Below, piece by piece: positions 26,756 to 37,045 of a DNA stretch of 64,000 nucleotides (positions within the stretch are counted from its first letter, which is position 1; each line of letters starts with the position of its first letter). The notes under the pieces are model-generated. The model saw nothing but the letters and a program-made list of their open reading frames with translations, ran no database searches and was not told where the DNA came from. This DNA comes from Terriglobales bacterium (GTDB lineage Bacteria > Acidobacteriota > Terriglobia > Terriglobales > Acidobacteriaceae), in contig JBBRNF010000007.1 of the NCBI GenBank assembly GCA_038230455.1, forward strand, positions 160,293 to 224,292, read 5' to 3'. The translations under genes were made by a program, and so were the position numbers.

Positions 26756-27919
26756 ATGGGTACCCTCTCGCTCGCAGTGGAGATTTTCGCGGCGCTTATT
26801 ACAGCGAGCGGAATCGCGTATGGCCTGCTGGCGTTGTGGGGCGCGCGCGACTTCGACCATCACTCCCGTGAGAACCGGGCCCGGCAGATCAACTTCGCTC
26901 CGAATGTGTCCATCCTGAAGCCCGTGAAAGGGGCGGATCCGCAGATGTTTGCCGCGTTTGCGAGTCATTGTCAGCAGACATACAGCGGGAACTTCGAGCT
27001 GCTGTTCGGCGTCGGTACACTTGAAGATCCAGCTGTGGCGGACATTGCGCGGCTGCGCATCGAGTACCCGCAGGTGGCAATTCGCCTAATCGAGTGTCCG
27101 CTGCGGCTGGGGACCAGCGGCAAGGTCTCTAACCTGGCGCAGATGCTGCCGCTGGCGAGCTACGAACACCTCGTGATCAACGACAGCGACATCCTGGTGT
27201 CCCCAACGTATCTGGCGCGCGTGATGGCCCCCCTTGCCGATGCGACTGTCGGCCTGGTCACGGTGCCGTACATCGGTCGTGCGGAAAACACTCTGTGGTC
27301 GCGGCTGGAAGCTCTGGGGATCTCCACCGATTTTATGCCGGGAGTGCTGACGGCACGCAAGCTCGAAGGCGGCATCCGTTTTGGGCTCGGCTCCACGCTG
27401 GCTACCACCAGGGCGGCGCTTGCGGCTGCGGGCGGGCTCGCTTCGCTGACCGAGTGCCTGGCCGACGACTATGAGATCGGCGCGCGCATCGCGGCCAACG
27501 GTCTGCGCGTGGAGCTGGTCAGCGAAGTGGTCGCAACCACCGTTCCGGCCTACACGCTGCGGGGCTTTTGCGAGCACCAATTGCGCTGGGCACGGTCAAC
27601 GCGTGACTCGCGCCGCTGGGGATATGTCGGTCTCGGCGTGACGTACGTTCTGCCGTGGGCGTTGGCGACGGTGATTGCCACAGGGGGCGCGCTTTGGAGC
27701 TTTTCGCTGCTGAGCCTGGCGCTGCTGGTGCGCGTCGCCGTTGCACTGACGGTCGGCGTGGGCGTCCTGCGCGACGCGCAGGTGCTGAGAGACATCCTCC
27801 TGCTTCCAGTGCGCGACGGGTTTGGGCTATTTTTCTGGTTCTGGAGCTATGCCGGCGACTCGGTTGTGTGGCGTGGGGAGCGGTTTCGTCTACGCCGGGG
27901 GCGGCTGGAACGCGCGTAA
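26756..27919 (+). CDS. GT2/GT21-type glycosyltransferase (HpnI / ceramide glucosyltransferase-like)
   Basis: N-terminal TM, then VSILKPVKGADP...NFELLFGV...VINDSDILV...(Q)HQLRWARS, the pattern of HpnI/glucosylceramide synthase-like enzymes. GGGAG precedes the ATG at 26756. Confidence 0.6.
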   Translation: MGTLSLAVEIFAALITASGIAYGLLALWGARDFDHHSRENRARQINFAPNVSILKPVKGADPQMFAAFASHCQQTYSGNFELLFGVGTLEDPAVADIARLRIEYPQVAIRLIECPLRLGTSGKVSNLAQMLPLASYEHLVINDSDILVSPTYLARVMAPLADATVGLVTVPYIGRAENTLWSRLEALGISTDFMPGVLTARKLEGGIRFGLGSTLATTRAALAAAGGLASLTECLADDYEIGARIAANGLRVELVSEVVATTVPAYTLRGFCEHQLRWARSTRDSRRWGYVGLGVTYVLPWALATVIATGGALWSFSLLSLALLVRVAVALTVGVGVLRDAQVLRDILLLPVRDGFGLFFWFWSYAGDSVVWRGERFRLRRGRLERA

Positions 27920-27951
27920 AGGGCACCACCTGTGCTTTCGGTGCACCGGAG

Positions 27952-30141
27952 TTAGGGCTTGGGTTTGAGGGTGCGATCGAAGAAGGCGGCTGCCGCGGTG
28001 TAGGCGGCCAGCCAGTCTTTATGGAGCAGGAAGGTGTGGACCTCGTCGGGGAAGATGAGTTCCTCGACCGGAACGTTGCGGGCGCGGAGCGCGTCTGCGA
28101 GCAGCGGGGTCTGGGAGTAGGCTACGTCAGGGTCGTCGTCGCCGTGAATGAGGAGGATGGGTGAACGCCACTTTGCGATGTCGGCCATCGGGGAGCTGGC
28201 GTGGGCGAGGGCCGCAATGCGGGCGATTTCCGTAGGGTCGGAGGTGGGGCTGCGGAGCCAGTCTGCGGGGGCGTTGTCTTCGAGCGACCACTCGTGGACG
28301 CCGTGAAAGTCGACGCCAGCGGCGAAGAGGTTGGAGTTGCGGGCGAGGGCAAGCGCGGTGAGGTAGCCACCGTAGCTTCCACCCCAGATGCCGATGTGGG
28401 CAGCGTCAACGTCGGGACGGGAGGCGAGGTATTTATGCGCGCCGAGGACGTCGGCGTACTCGGCGGCGCCGTCGGCTCCGCAATGCTCGCATTGGCGGAA
28501 GTTGAGGCCGTATCCGATCCCGCCGCGATAATTCACGCTCAGCACAATGTATCCGCGCGAAGCAAGGTACTGGTTCATGGCGTAAGCGTTGGAGTAGTAG
28601 TCCATGGCGGGATAGCCGAGGAGCATCTGGCGGCGGGGGCCTCCGTGGAAGAAGAGGATGGCCGGGTGTTTGATGGGGGAGGGAGTTTTGGGGAGAAAGA
28701 GCTGGCCGTGGAGCTCGAAGAGTTTGTCGGAGGAGGGGAAGAGGACTTGTTGCGGGAGGATGAGTTCGCCGGGATTTTGTTTGGGTTGCGCGTTCGGATG
28801 AAGCAGGTTCGATCTACCCTGCACATCGATCAGCGCTGGGCGTAGGGGCGCTCTTGCGTCGGAGACTAAAGCAGCGAGACGGGACGTCGCGCCGTACACG
28901 GCATGGGTTTCGATACCGTCTCCACCCGTGACCGCATACGGGCTTGGCGTCGCCCAGCGGAGATCGATTTCCCAGAGATGACGCCGATCTGAATCCAGCG
29001 GATCGCGGCTGGAGCGGGAGGCCGTGCAAGGTGGTTTGGCGCAAGCATTGTCACGGATTGATTCTGGATCGTTCGCAGAGAAGAAGACGATCTGCCCGTC
29101 TTGGCTGACGCTGACGTCTTCGACTTCGTACCGGCCTGGCGTCAGCAGCGACGGTGGGCTCGACTTTTCAGGGTCAAGTGCGTAGAGGTGCACCCAGCCA
29201 TCGGCTTCCGAGAAGAACAGGACGTGCTTGTCGGCAGTCCAGTAGAGATGAGGATCGCCAGTGGACATGCGGGGTTCGGCGCTGCCCGGTTGGTTGGGTT
29301 GAGGGGTGAAGACGGTGCGACTCTCGTGGGTGGTGAGGTCAAGCAGTTGGATCGACCAGGGGTTGGCTGAGGTGCGGTGGGTGGCGAACTCGGGGGCTTC
29401 GGTGAAAGGGTTGCGGAGCCAGGCTAGTTGCTTGCCGTCGCGGGAGAAGCTGGGCGCGGAATCGTTGCCGGTGGAAGGCGCGGGGAAGGTGAGGGTTTGT
29501 GTAGCGAGGTCGAAGAGAGCGAGGAAGGCGTGGGTACCGCGGTGCGAGATGTAGGCGAGCGCCTTGCCGTCGGGGGAGAGGGTGAGGGCCGACGCAGAGC
29601 CGCGGTCGTAGAGGATTTGGTGCGGAGGTGATAAAGAGGCCGCCGCCGGACAATTTTTGACGCACGCCACGAAGATCTGGCCGGAGCGGAGGAAGAAGAT
29701 CGAGGCGCCGTCGTGGGTGAAGAACGGCGCGCGGCCTTCGCCGATAACAGTGGCTGGCGCGTTTGGCTCGAGCGGCTGGAGGATGACCTGGAGCGCGGTG
29801 CTACGTTGCAGGTGGGCGGGGTTAGCGGGCTTGCCGCTATGGCCAAACTCGGCACCATAGGTGTAGGCGATGGCGGAGGCGTCGGGTGACCAGGCGAGGT
29901 TGGCGAGGTCCTGGCCGTCGTCGTCGGTGTAGTGGGTGATGGCACGCGCGGACTCATGGGCGCTGGCGATCCAGATGTTACGCACGCCCGCGGCGTTTTC
30001 GACCCATGCGAAGCGGTCTCCGACGGGAGCTGCGGTGAGCGAGAGCGCGTAGGGTGCGGCGAGAGTCTGTTCGAGCGTGAAGGTCTGTTGCGCAAAGACG
30101 GGAAGAGCGGCCAGGACGAGAAAAGCTGCGAGGGGGCGCAT
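27952..30141 (-). CDS. S9 family serine peptidase (prolyl oligopeptidase/dipeptidyl aminopeptidase type) with N-terminal beta-propeller
   Basis: Signal peptide MRPLAAFLVLAALPVFAQQ; repeated WSPDG/SPDGK propeller motifs; nucleophile motif GIWGGSYGGYLT; C-terminal PILLIHGDDDPDV...H. Confidence 0.85.
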   Translation of the reverse strand: MRPLAAFLVLAALPVFAQQTFTLEQTLAAPYALSLTAAPVGDRFAWVENAAGVRNIWIASAHESARAITHYTDDDGQDLANLAWSPDASAIAYTYGAEFGHSGKPANPAHLQRSTALQVILQPLEPNAPATVIGEGRAPFFTHDGASIFFLRSGQIFVACVKNCPAAASLSPPHQILYDRGSASALTLSPDGKALAYISHRGTHAFLALFDLATQTLTFPAPSTGNDSAPSFSRDGKQLAWLRNPFTEAPEFATHRTSANPWSIQLLDLTTHESRTVFTPQPNQPGSAEPRMSTGDPHLYWTADKHVLFFSEADGWVHLYALDPEKSSPPSLLTPGRYEVEDVSVSQDGQIVFFSANDPESIRDNACAKPPCTASRSSRDPLDSDRRHLWEIDLRWATPSPYAVTGGDGIETHAVYGATSRLAALVSDARAPLRPALIDVQGRSNLLHPNAQPKQNPGELILPQQVLFPSSDKLFELHGQLFLPKTPSPIKHPAILFFHGGPRRQMLLGYPAMDYYSNAYAMNQYLASRGYIVLSVNYRGGIGYGLNFRQCEHCGADGAAEYADVLGAHKYLASRPDVDAAHIGIWGGSYGGYLTALALARNSNLFAAGVDFHGVHEWSLEDNAPADWLRSPTSDPTEIARIAALAHASSPMADIAKWRSPILLIHGDDDPDVAYSQTPLLADALRARNVPVEELIFPDEVHTFLLHKDWLAAYTAAAAFFDRTLKPKP

Positions 30142-30405
30142 ATGTCGAGAGTACAGGTGCGATCTGTGTTGTACCGGTGCAGGCTCGCTTCTGGCGGTAA
30201 TTTCCGTTTCAGGAGGGATGGTGCGGTGGGGGCGTTGCCGTCCCGCAAGGCGGGAGAGGTGGGTTTACGGGCCAGATGGCAAGCTGCGTTGTGTAACTTA
30301 GTGCGCCGCGCGGACTCAAATCGTGGCGTCTGCGCATGCTTTGAGAGCTTTTAACTGAATATCGCGCGCTCTTAGAATCGCGTCGCGAATTTGCAAAGGA
30401 GCTTT

Positions 30406-31611
30406 ATGAGCCGCAGTCGATCCATGCTCGCGTTGTCAGCGCTCTTACTCACCCTGCTGGTGAGTGGATGCGGTACGGTAGCGAGCGGGGTAGGGCCCCA
30501 ACCCGCAGCACCTCCCGCCCCGCCGGCCACGACAACCTCCCCCGTACCGGCGCCTAGCGGGCCTGCTCCCACACCCGCGCCCGCAGTCGGTACGGCGAGC
30601 GTGTTCACCATGAACAACAGTGCTTCCGGGAATGCGGTATTGGCCTTCGCGCGCCTGGCGGATGGATCCCTGGCGGCGACGGGTACCTATCCGACGGGTG
30701 GACGCGGCACAGGCGGCGGCTTACAAAATCAGGCGGGTGTGGCAATCAGTACGGACGGCAAGTTTCTGTTCGCGGTCAACGCGGGTTCGGACGACTTCAC
30801 GGTCTTCAAGCTCGATTCCTCCGGGCTGAGCGTAGCCTCCCGACCGTCGTCCTCAGGAGCGCATCCGATCAGCGTTGCCGAGCATGGCGGCATCGTTTAC
30901 GTGCTCAATCTTGATAGCACGTCGGGGGCGGCGGGATCGGACAGCGTGAGTGGGTTTGCGATCGATGCCGCTGGCCAGGCAACGCCTATTCCCAATTCCA
31001 CGCGATCCTTGAGCGCAAAGGCAACTTCGGCGGCACAAGTGGCCCTCTCGCCGGATGGAAGTATGCTGCTGGTGACCGAGCGGGGAACCGCGACGATCGA
31101 CGCTTATGTTCTTGATGCGAAGGGTAACCCCAGCGCTCAGCCGATTTTAAACCGGTCGGTCGGATCGATACCTTTCGGCTTCCAGTTTCTGGATGACGGG
31201 CACGTGCTGGTGTCGGAGGAAGGGCCGAACGCCGTTTCTTCCTATATTGTCGGCGGGACGGGAGCGCTGACACCGATCAGCCGTTCGGTGCCCAGCTTTC
31301 AATCGGCGGTCTGCTGGCTCGCCATCTCGCCCGACCATCGCTTTGCGTATACGGGTAATACATCGGGCTCATCGGTTTCGGGATACGCCATTCATCCGGA
31401 CGCCAGTGTGTCGCTGCTGGTGCAGAACGGTCTTTCGGCGGCCACCGACGGCGGTGCTCTGGACCTGACGGTGAGCAGTGACAGCCGGTATCTCTACGTA
31501 GTCCTGACCGGCGGCACTCTGGAGACTTTTTCCATCGACACCGCAGGCGGCCTGCGCAAGGTGCAGTCGATATCGTCGCTCGGTCAACTGAACGGCGTGA
31601 TCGCCTTGTAG
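30406..31611 (+). CDS. Lipoprotein, 7-bladed beta-propeller lactonase-like family
   Basis: Lipobox LLVSGCG, a Pro/Ala-rich linker, then repeated blades (SPDGSMLLVTERG, RYLYVVLTGG, HGGIVYVLN) typical of the 3-carboxymuconate cyclase/6-phosphogluconolactonase-like propeller family. Confidence 0.6.
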   Translation: MSRSRSMLALSALLLTLLVSGCGTVASGVGPQPAAPPAPPATTTSPVPAPSGPAPTPAPAVGTASVFTMNNSASGNAVLAFARLADGSLAATGTYPTGGRGTGGGLQNQAGVAISTDGKFLFAVNAGSDDFTVFKLDSSGLSVASRPSSSGAHPISVAEHGGIVYVLNLDSTSGAAGSDSVSGFAIDAAGQATPIPNSTRSLSAKATSAAQVALSPDGSMLLVTERGTATIDAYVLDAKGNPSAQPILNRSVGSIPFGFQFLDDGHVLVSEEGPNAVSSYIVGGTGALTPISRSVPSFQSAVCWLAISPDHRFAYTGNTSGSSVSGYAIHPDASVSLLVQNGLSAATDGGALDLTVSSDSRYLYVVLTGGTLETFSIDTAGGLRKVQSISSLGQLNGVIAL

Positions 31612-31729
31612 GCCTGACACCCCCGGCGCGGAAGCTCGTCGATCTTCGGCGACTGAGGGGAACCCTGCCTGTAACTTTCGCGGGGGTGGAGCATCTCACC
31701 TCACGAACCGCAAGGAAAGGCTCATCGAC

Positions 31730-32335
31730 ATGGCAGACGGAACTTTCTCAGCAGGGGCAGCACACACAAGGATGGCGGGCCGATGGAACAGGAGTCGCGC
31801 TTCCTGGCTGGCGGTGGCGGGACTTATGGTCGCGGCTATCGGCGCGGCGGGACAGACACCTGTCGTCGGAACGAAGGCTCCGGACTTCGTTCGCTCCACA
31901 CCGTCTGGCGGGCAGGTTCGCCTGTCGGACCTGATCTCGAAGGGCACGACAGTTCTGGTGGTTCTACGCGGATTCCCTGGATATCAGTGTCCGTACTGCG
32001 AAAAACAGGTGCACGACTTTGTTCAACATGCGCCGGAGTTTGCGGCCAAGAAGGCCAACGTGCTGCTGGTCTATCCCGGACCCCCAGCCGAACTGGACGC
32101 GCACGCAAAAGAGTTTCTGGCGAAACAGGGCGACCTGCCGGCGAATATTCAGCTGGTAACCGACCCGGACTACACAATGACCAATCAGTACGGTCTGCGC
32201 TGGAACGCACCGAAAGAGACAGCCTATCCGGCCACTTTTCTATTGGATGGCAACGGCAAGGTGTTCTTCGTCAAGGTAAGCCATAGCCATGGCGACCGGG
32301 TGTCTGCGGAAGAGACGCTCTCGCATCTGCCGTAA
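31730..32335 (+). CDS. Secreted peroxiredoxin/redoxin-family thioredoxin-fold protein
   Basis: VGTKAPDFV...TVLVVLRGFPGYQCPYCEKQVHDF is an AhpC/TSA-type motif with CPYC. AAGGAAAGG RBS lies 9 nt upstream. Confidence 0.75.
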   Translation: MADGTFSAGAAHTRMAGRWNRSRASWLAVAGLMVAAIGAAGQTPVVGTKAPDFVRSTPSGGQVRLSDLISKGTTVLVVLRGFPGYQCPYCEKQVHDFVQHAPEFAAKKANVLLVYPGPPAELDAHAKEFLAKQGDLPANIQLVTDPDYTMTNQYGLRWNAPKETAYPATFLLDGNGKVFFVKVSHSHGDRVSAEETLSHLP

Positions 32336-32411
32336 TTCCGCAAATTCGTCGACCGGGTACAGGTGCAGCCAGGGACTTTCCCTGGCTCTTGCGTCGGACT
32401 TGAGGCGGGAC

Positions 32412-32771
32412 TTACGCGGGCTGGGCTTCTTCGCCGAGCAACGCGAGCACCAGATGTTCGGCGTTGAGATAAATCTGTTTCCGCTGGTCGGCGTTTTGCT
32501 GTGCTGCGGCGAACACCCGAATCAGAGTGGGCGAAAGCGCCAGGTCGGCGGCCATGGAAACGCGTTCGCCAGCTGGTCCTCGTGCGGCAAGGCGATGTTC
32601 GATCAGCGGCAAGGTGATATGTGGGGCGAGGCGCTTGATCAGGCGCCTCTGCTCGCGGAGCAGGCCGAGCCAGAGGTGCTCCGCCTCCAGCACCGACGAG
32701 CCGAGGCGGCTGGCTTCGTAGCGCGCCAGGAGGATGACTTTGCGAGAATCTTCGGCGTAGCGTTCCAGCAT
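32412..32771 (-). CDS. Stand-alone Clp N-terminal (Clp_N repeat) domain protein
   Basis: MLERYAEDSRKVILLARYEASRLGSSVLEAEHLWLGLL... and a second repeat ...VFAAAQQNADQRKQIYLNAEHLVLALL match the two-repeat ClpA/ClpB/ClpC N-domain. No AAA+ module follows. Confidence 0.7.
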   Translation of the reverse strand: MLERYAEDSRKVILLARYEASRLGSSVLEAEHLWLGLLREQRRLIKRLAPHITLPLIEHRLAARGPAGERVSMAADLALSPTLIRVFAAAQQNADQRKQIYLNAEHLVLALLGEEAQPA

Positions 32772-33048
32772 GCTTGGTCTGAGCGTATCGCAGCGCTATA
32801 GGCGAGACAAGGTGCGGAGTGGTTTGTGCGCCGGATTTGCCCGTCTGGCTCGATGGAGCGGTGCGTGTGGCAGGGATCGTGTCGGTGCGGCTAGCGGTCT
32901 GATAAGCTGGCAAATTTGTGTGCGTCTTTTGCCGAAAACAGAAGACTTCCTGGGGCGTTTGGAATTGAAAAAAGCACAGGGAACAGCGTTGGCCGTTCCC
33001 TGTCGTGGAGTCATAGAGTGGTTTCGTTGAGTCGTTTTATTTCCGAAC

Positions 33049-34320
33049 CTAGTGTGCGGCCCACTCGATCTTGGTAAGGTCAATGCCTTCCTTCACCATC
33101 TCGTAGAGGGGCGAAAGCTCGCGGAGTTTGGAAACGACGTCGATGAGCTTGTCGGAAACGTAGTCAACTTCTTCCCTGGTGTTGAAGCGGCCAAGACCGA
33201 AGCGAATGGAGGAGTGGGCAACATCATCGCCAAGGCCGAGGGCTTTGAGCACGTAGCTGGGCTCAAGCGTGGCTGAGGTGCAGGCGGAGCCGGAGCTGAC
33301 GGCGATGTCGTTGATACCCATCAACAGCGACTCGCCTTCAACGTACACGAAGCTCATGTTGAGGTTTCCGGGCAGGTGGTGGTCCATGTTGCCGTTGACG
33401 TGGACGTAGTCGAGGGCGGCTTCAAACTTGGCCTTCATGTAGTCGCGAAGTTCCTTTTCGCGGACGCCTTCGGCTTCCATCTCGTTGCCGGCGATTTCGC
33501 AGGCAGCGCCCAGGCCGACGATACCGGGAACGTTGAGCGTGCCCGAACGCATGCCACGTTCGTGACCGCCACCGTTGATCTGCTCAGAGATCTGGACGCG
33601 GGGATTGCGGCGGCGAACGTACAGCGCACCCACGCCCTTCGGCCCATAGACCTTATGGCCACTCATGCTGAGCACGTCGATGTTGTCGGCGATGACGTCG
33701 ACGGGAATCTTGCCGACAGCCTGCACGGCGTCGGTATGGAAGATAACGTTGTTGGCGTGGCAGATCGCGCCAATTTCCTTCATCGGCTGGATGACGCCGA
33801 TCTCATTGTTGGCATACATGATGCTGACGAGAATGGTGTCCTTGTCGATGGCACGCTTCAGGTCTTCGAGATCGATGAGGCCGTCGGCCTGCACTGGCAG
33901 GTAGGTGATGCGGCAACCGGACTTCTCGAGGCGCTTGCAGGTATCCAGCGTGGCCTTGTGCTCCGTGACCTGGGTGATGATGTGGTTGCCACGCTCGCGA
34001 TACATTTCCGCGATGCCCTTGATGGCGAGGTTGTTGGACTCGGTGGCACCGGAGGTGAAGATGATCTCTTTCGCGGTCGCGCCGATGAGCTTGGCAATCT
34101 GCTCGCGCGCTTTTTCGACGGCCTGTTCTGCTTCCCAGCCGAACGAATGGTTTCGGGAAGCCGCGTTGCCGAAGACTCCGGTGAGGTACGGCATCATGGC
34201 TTCGAGCACCCGCGGGTCCAGCGGCGTGGTGGCGTGGTTGTCCATGTAGATGGGAAGCTTGACGCCCGCTGGAAGGGGCTCGCTGGTGCTGGTGACGTTC
34301 ATTCCGAGTGTTTCTGGCAT
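33049..34320 (-). CDS. iscS: Cysteine desulfurase (class I, IscS/NifS type)
   Basis: [25 protein letters not shown] (PLP lysine) and SSGSACTS (active-site Cys loop). The gene lies downstream of an Rrf2 regulator. No iscU follows in this window. Confidence 0.9.
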   Translation of the reverse strand: MPETLGMNVTSTSEPLPAGVKLPIYMDNHATTPLDPRVLEAMMPYLTGVFGNAASRNHSFGWEAEQAVEKAREQIAKLIGATAKEIIFTSGATESNNLAIKGIAEMYRERGNHIITQVTEHKATLDTCKRLEKSGCRITYLPVQADGLIDLEDLKRAIDKDTILVSIMYANNEIGVIQPMKEIGAICHANNVIFHTDAVQAVGKIPVDVIADNIDVLSMSGHKVYGPKGVGALYVRRRNPRVQISEQINGGGHERGMRSGTLNVPGIVGLGAACEIAGNEMEAEGVREKELRDYMKAKFEAALDYVHVNGNMDHHLPGNLNMSFVYVEGESLLMGINDIAVSSGSACTSATLEPSYVLKALGLGDDVAHSSIRFGLGRFNTREEVDYVSDKLIDVVSKLRELSPLYEMVKEGIDLTKIEWAAH

Positions 34321-34391
34321 TGGTGTACTCCTAAGTGGTGCCGGTTTCGGCGGGAAGCAGGTCCTCCGCGTGCGGCGAAGGATGACAATAT

Positions 34392-34850
34392 CTAGAGCCC
34401 GATGCTGACCAGACCGCCCGCAACCGCGGCGTAGTGCGACGGATCACTGGCCTCGACGAGGTCAGAAATGCGGATACCGGAGAGCAGGTCCTTGATGCTG
34501 TCGTTGACCTTGCGCAATGGTTCTTTGATGGTGCAGTGGCCGTGAAGGTCGCAGGTTCCGTGGATGGTGATGCAACTGGTGATGAAAAGCGGACCGTCGA
34601 TTGCGCGTATCACTTCAAAAGCGGAGATTTCGTGTGCCGATCGCGCCAGGGCGTAGCCGCCATTGGTGCCGGCATGAGACACCAGTATCCCCGCCCGGGT
34701 AAGCGTCTGCAGAATCTTGGCCAGAAGCTGAGGCGGTATATGGTAGGCTTCGGCGATTTCTTTGGCCGATTGTGCATGAGACTCAGCCTGCTCGGCCAGG
34801 TACTTGAGGGCCATGAGGCCGTAGTCCGCTTTTTTAGTAAGCCTGAGCAT
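34392..34850 (-). CDS. iscR: Rrf2 family transcriptional regulator (IscR-like)
   Basis: [19 protein letters not shown]...[42 protein letters not shown], with a Cys cluster (C..C.....C) further downstream. Confidence 0.85.
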   Translation of the reverse strand: MLRLTKKADYGLMALKYLAEQAESHAQSAKEIAEAYHIPPQLLAKILQTLTRAGILVSHAGTNGGYALARSAHEISAFEVIRAIDGPLFITSCITIHGTCDLHGHCTIKEPLRKVNDSIKDLLSGIRISDLVEASDPSHYAAVAGGLVSIGL

Positions 34851-35000
34851 GGGAAGGGTGGCCCGTCAGCGAACTCAGGACCGATTTCAGTGTACGGCTT
34901 GAGGTACGGCGGAAGCAAGACCGAAGCAGTCGTATTTCAAGTGTAATGGCGTGCGCTATTTGCTAAACTGCACCCGACAGGCGATGTGCTGAGGTGGTCT

Positions 35001-35777
35001 ATGGCGAGGTCTTCAACTTCTTTCGTGAGCAGGTCCCTTACGCTGTTGATGGCCGCGGGCGTGGCACTGGGTTGCTGCCCGGCGCGGGCGCAGGATGACG
35101 GCGGCGCCTCCTACACCCGCAATGAGGAGCTGCTGGAAAGCATCTTTGTTCCTTACCTGGCACATGCCCCGTTCAGCTTGAAATTGAGCACGGAGTGGTC
35201 AAAGCCGATGGATAACGGCGGGAGATTGACGACCGCCAACCTGCGCCCGATCATGCGCGACAGCGTGGGGCGAATCTATCAGGAGAGGTGGGCGCTGGCA
35301 CCGAAGGACAGCAAAATCGCTTCGTTCATGACCTGGATACAGATCGCCGATCCGGTGGCGCACACGCTGTGCGAGTGCAGTGCGCGTCAACACGTCTGCG
35401 AACTGCTTACCCTGCGGGATACCACGGCGCTACGGCTGAACCCGGAACGAATGACCTCGGGACCGCTGCCGAACGGCAAAGGCGAACACAGGCACGAGGA
35501 TCTGGGAGCGGAATTTTTTGCGGGTCTGCCGGTGCGGCACTATCGGGATACCACCACGGTGAACGCCGGCACCATGGGCAACGACCTGGCCATGGTCACA
35601 ACCAGAGACTATCGTTTTTCCGCGGAGTTGGGGATGAATCTGTGGTCGGTGCTGAATACACCGGCGCTGGGGAAACAGATGTTCACGGTGACGGAGGTGT
35701 CGACGACCGAGCCGGATGCGCATTATTTTCAGCCGCCGCAAGGCTGGCGAGTGGTCGATCACCGGGCAGCTGAGTAG
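35001..35777 (+). CDS. Secreted hypothetical protein
   Basis: Signal-like N-terminus MARSSTSFVSRSLTLLMAAGVALGCCPARAQ, coding-like composition and no recognised motif. Confidence 0.5.
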   Translation: MARSSTSFVSRSLTLLMAAGVALGCCPARAQDDGGASYTRNEELLESIFVPYLAHAPFSLKLSTEWSKPMDNGGRLTTANLRPIMRDSVGRIYQERWALAPKDSKIASFMTWIQIADPVAHTLCECSARQHVCELLTLRDTTALRLNPERMTSGPLPNGKGEHRHEDLGAEFFAGLPVRHYRDTTTVNAGTMGNDLAMVTTRDYRFSAELGMNLWSVLNTPALGKQMFTVTEVSTTEPDAHYFQPPQGWRVVDHRAAE

Positions 35778-35788
35778 GTGACCGGGAT

Positions 35789-37036
35789 CTATTCGTAGCG
35801 CAGCGCGTCAATGGGGTCGAGGTTCGCCGCTTTCCAGGCCGGATAGATGCCAAACACCAGCCCGATCGCGCAGGAGCACAGAAACGCGGTCAAGACCCAT
35901 AGCGGGCTGACATCGCAAGACATAGCCAGCTTCACCAGCAGCGCCAGCAGCACGCCGATCGTAATGCCGATTAGCCCGCCAATCGCGCACAGCACGACGG
36001 CCTCCAGCGTGAACTGCGTCAGGATCACCTTCTTTGTCGCGCCGATAGCTTTGCGGATGCCAATTTCGCGTGTGCGTTCGGTCACCGACACCAGCATGAT
36101 GTTCATCACGCCCACGCCGCCCACCATCAAACCCACCGCGCTCAGGCCGAACATCAAACCAAACAGGCCGCCCGTAATTTGACCCCACAAGCGCGTAATC
36201 GAGTCCGACCCGAAGATGGCAAAGTTGTCCTCTGCCTCGTTGCGCACCTTGCGCCGCCGTCGCAGCAAGTCGCGGACTTCGTCTTCGACCAGAGGCTTGT
36301 TCTTCGCGTCGTCGAACTTCGCCGAGATCCAGTAATCCAGCACCTCCGGATGAAACTTATGGAACGTGCTGATCGGCATAAACGCGAAATTGTCGTTCGG
36401 GTTTTTGCCGCCGCCGAACGCGCTCGGCTGCTTCTCGAGGGTTCCGATCACGGTCAGCGTCCGGCCCTGCAGTGTCATCTCTTTCCCGATAGGATCGACG
36501 TTGCCGAAAAGGTCCTCCGCCGTGTCGAAACCCAGGATGACCACGTCTGACGCGCGTTCCTGGTCCACCTGCGTGAAGAACCGCCCGGAGTGCATGTTCC
36601 AGTCGTTGACCTCGCGGATGGCCAGCGTCTCGCCGCCCATGGACACGTTCTCGACCTTGCGCGTTCCCCACTTCGCCACTGTCGATCCGGAGTTGAACTG
36701 GAAGTTCTGATACCGCAGCGAGGCCGACGCCGCAACCACATGCGGCAGCTTGCCGATTTCCATCGCATCGTCGTACGTCAACTGCTTGCGCGTCAGCATT
36801 TCTGTGGTGGGACGCACCCCGATGACGGGGAATCGAAAGATCCACAGCACATTGGTGCCGAACTGCTGCACCATGTTTGAAACCTGGCTATTCAGACCGT
36901 TAATGACCGAAGAGATAACGATTACCGTCATCACGCCGATCACGATGCCGAGGATGGTCAGGCCGGAGCGCAGCTTATTGGTGCGCAGCGTGTCCAGCGC
37001 CATTTTTACGGATTCGCTTTGCTCGCCGTTCGCCAT
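35789..37036 (-). CDS. ABC transporter permease, MacB/FtsX type (MacB periplasmic domain + FtsX)
   Basis: ALDTLRTNKLRSGLTILGIVIGVMTVI N-terminal TM, a large periplasmic domain, and C-terminal VSVTERTREIGIRKAIGA...FGIYPAWKAANLDPIDALRYE. Confidence 0.85.
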   Translation of the reverse strand: MANGEQSESVKMALDTLRTNKLRSGLTILGIVIGVMTVIVISSVINGLNSQVSNMVQQFGTNVLWIFRFPVIGVRPTTEMLTRKQLTYDDAMEIGKLPHVVAASASLRYQNFQFNSGSTVAKWGTRKVENVSMGGETLAIREVNDWNMHSGRFFTQVDQERASDVVILGFDTAEDLFGNVDPIGKEMTLQGRTLTVIGTLEKQPSAFGGGKNPNDNFAFMPISTFHKFHPEVLDYWISAKFDDAKNKPLVEDEVRDLLRRRRKVRNEAEDNFAIFGSDSITRLWGQITGGLFGLMFGLSAVGLMVGGVGVMNIMLVSVTERTREIGIRKAIGATKKVILTQFTLEAVVLCAIGGLIGITIGVLLALLVKLAMSCDVSPLWVLTAFLCSCAIGLVFGIYPAWKAANLDPIDALRYE

Positions 37037-37045
37037 GTCTTTCTC

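Noticed and set aside
33376-34395. 339-aa plus-strand ORF overlapping iscS
   Set aside because: It is antisense to a cysteine desulfurase with intact PLP and Cys-loop motifs. The product is Val/Asp/Gly-rich low complexity.
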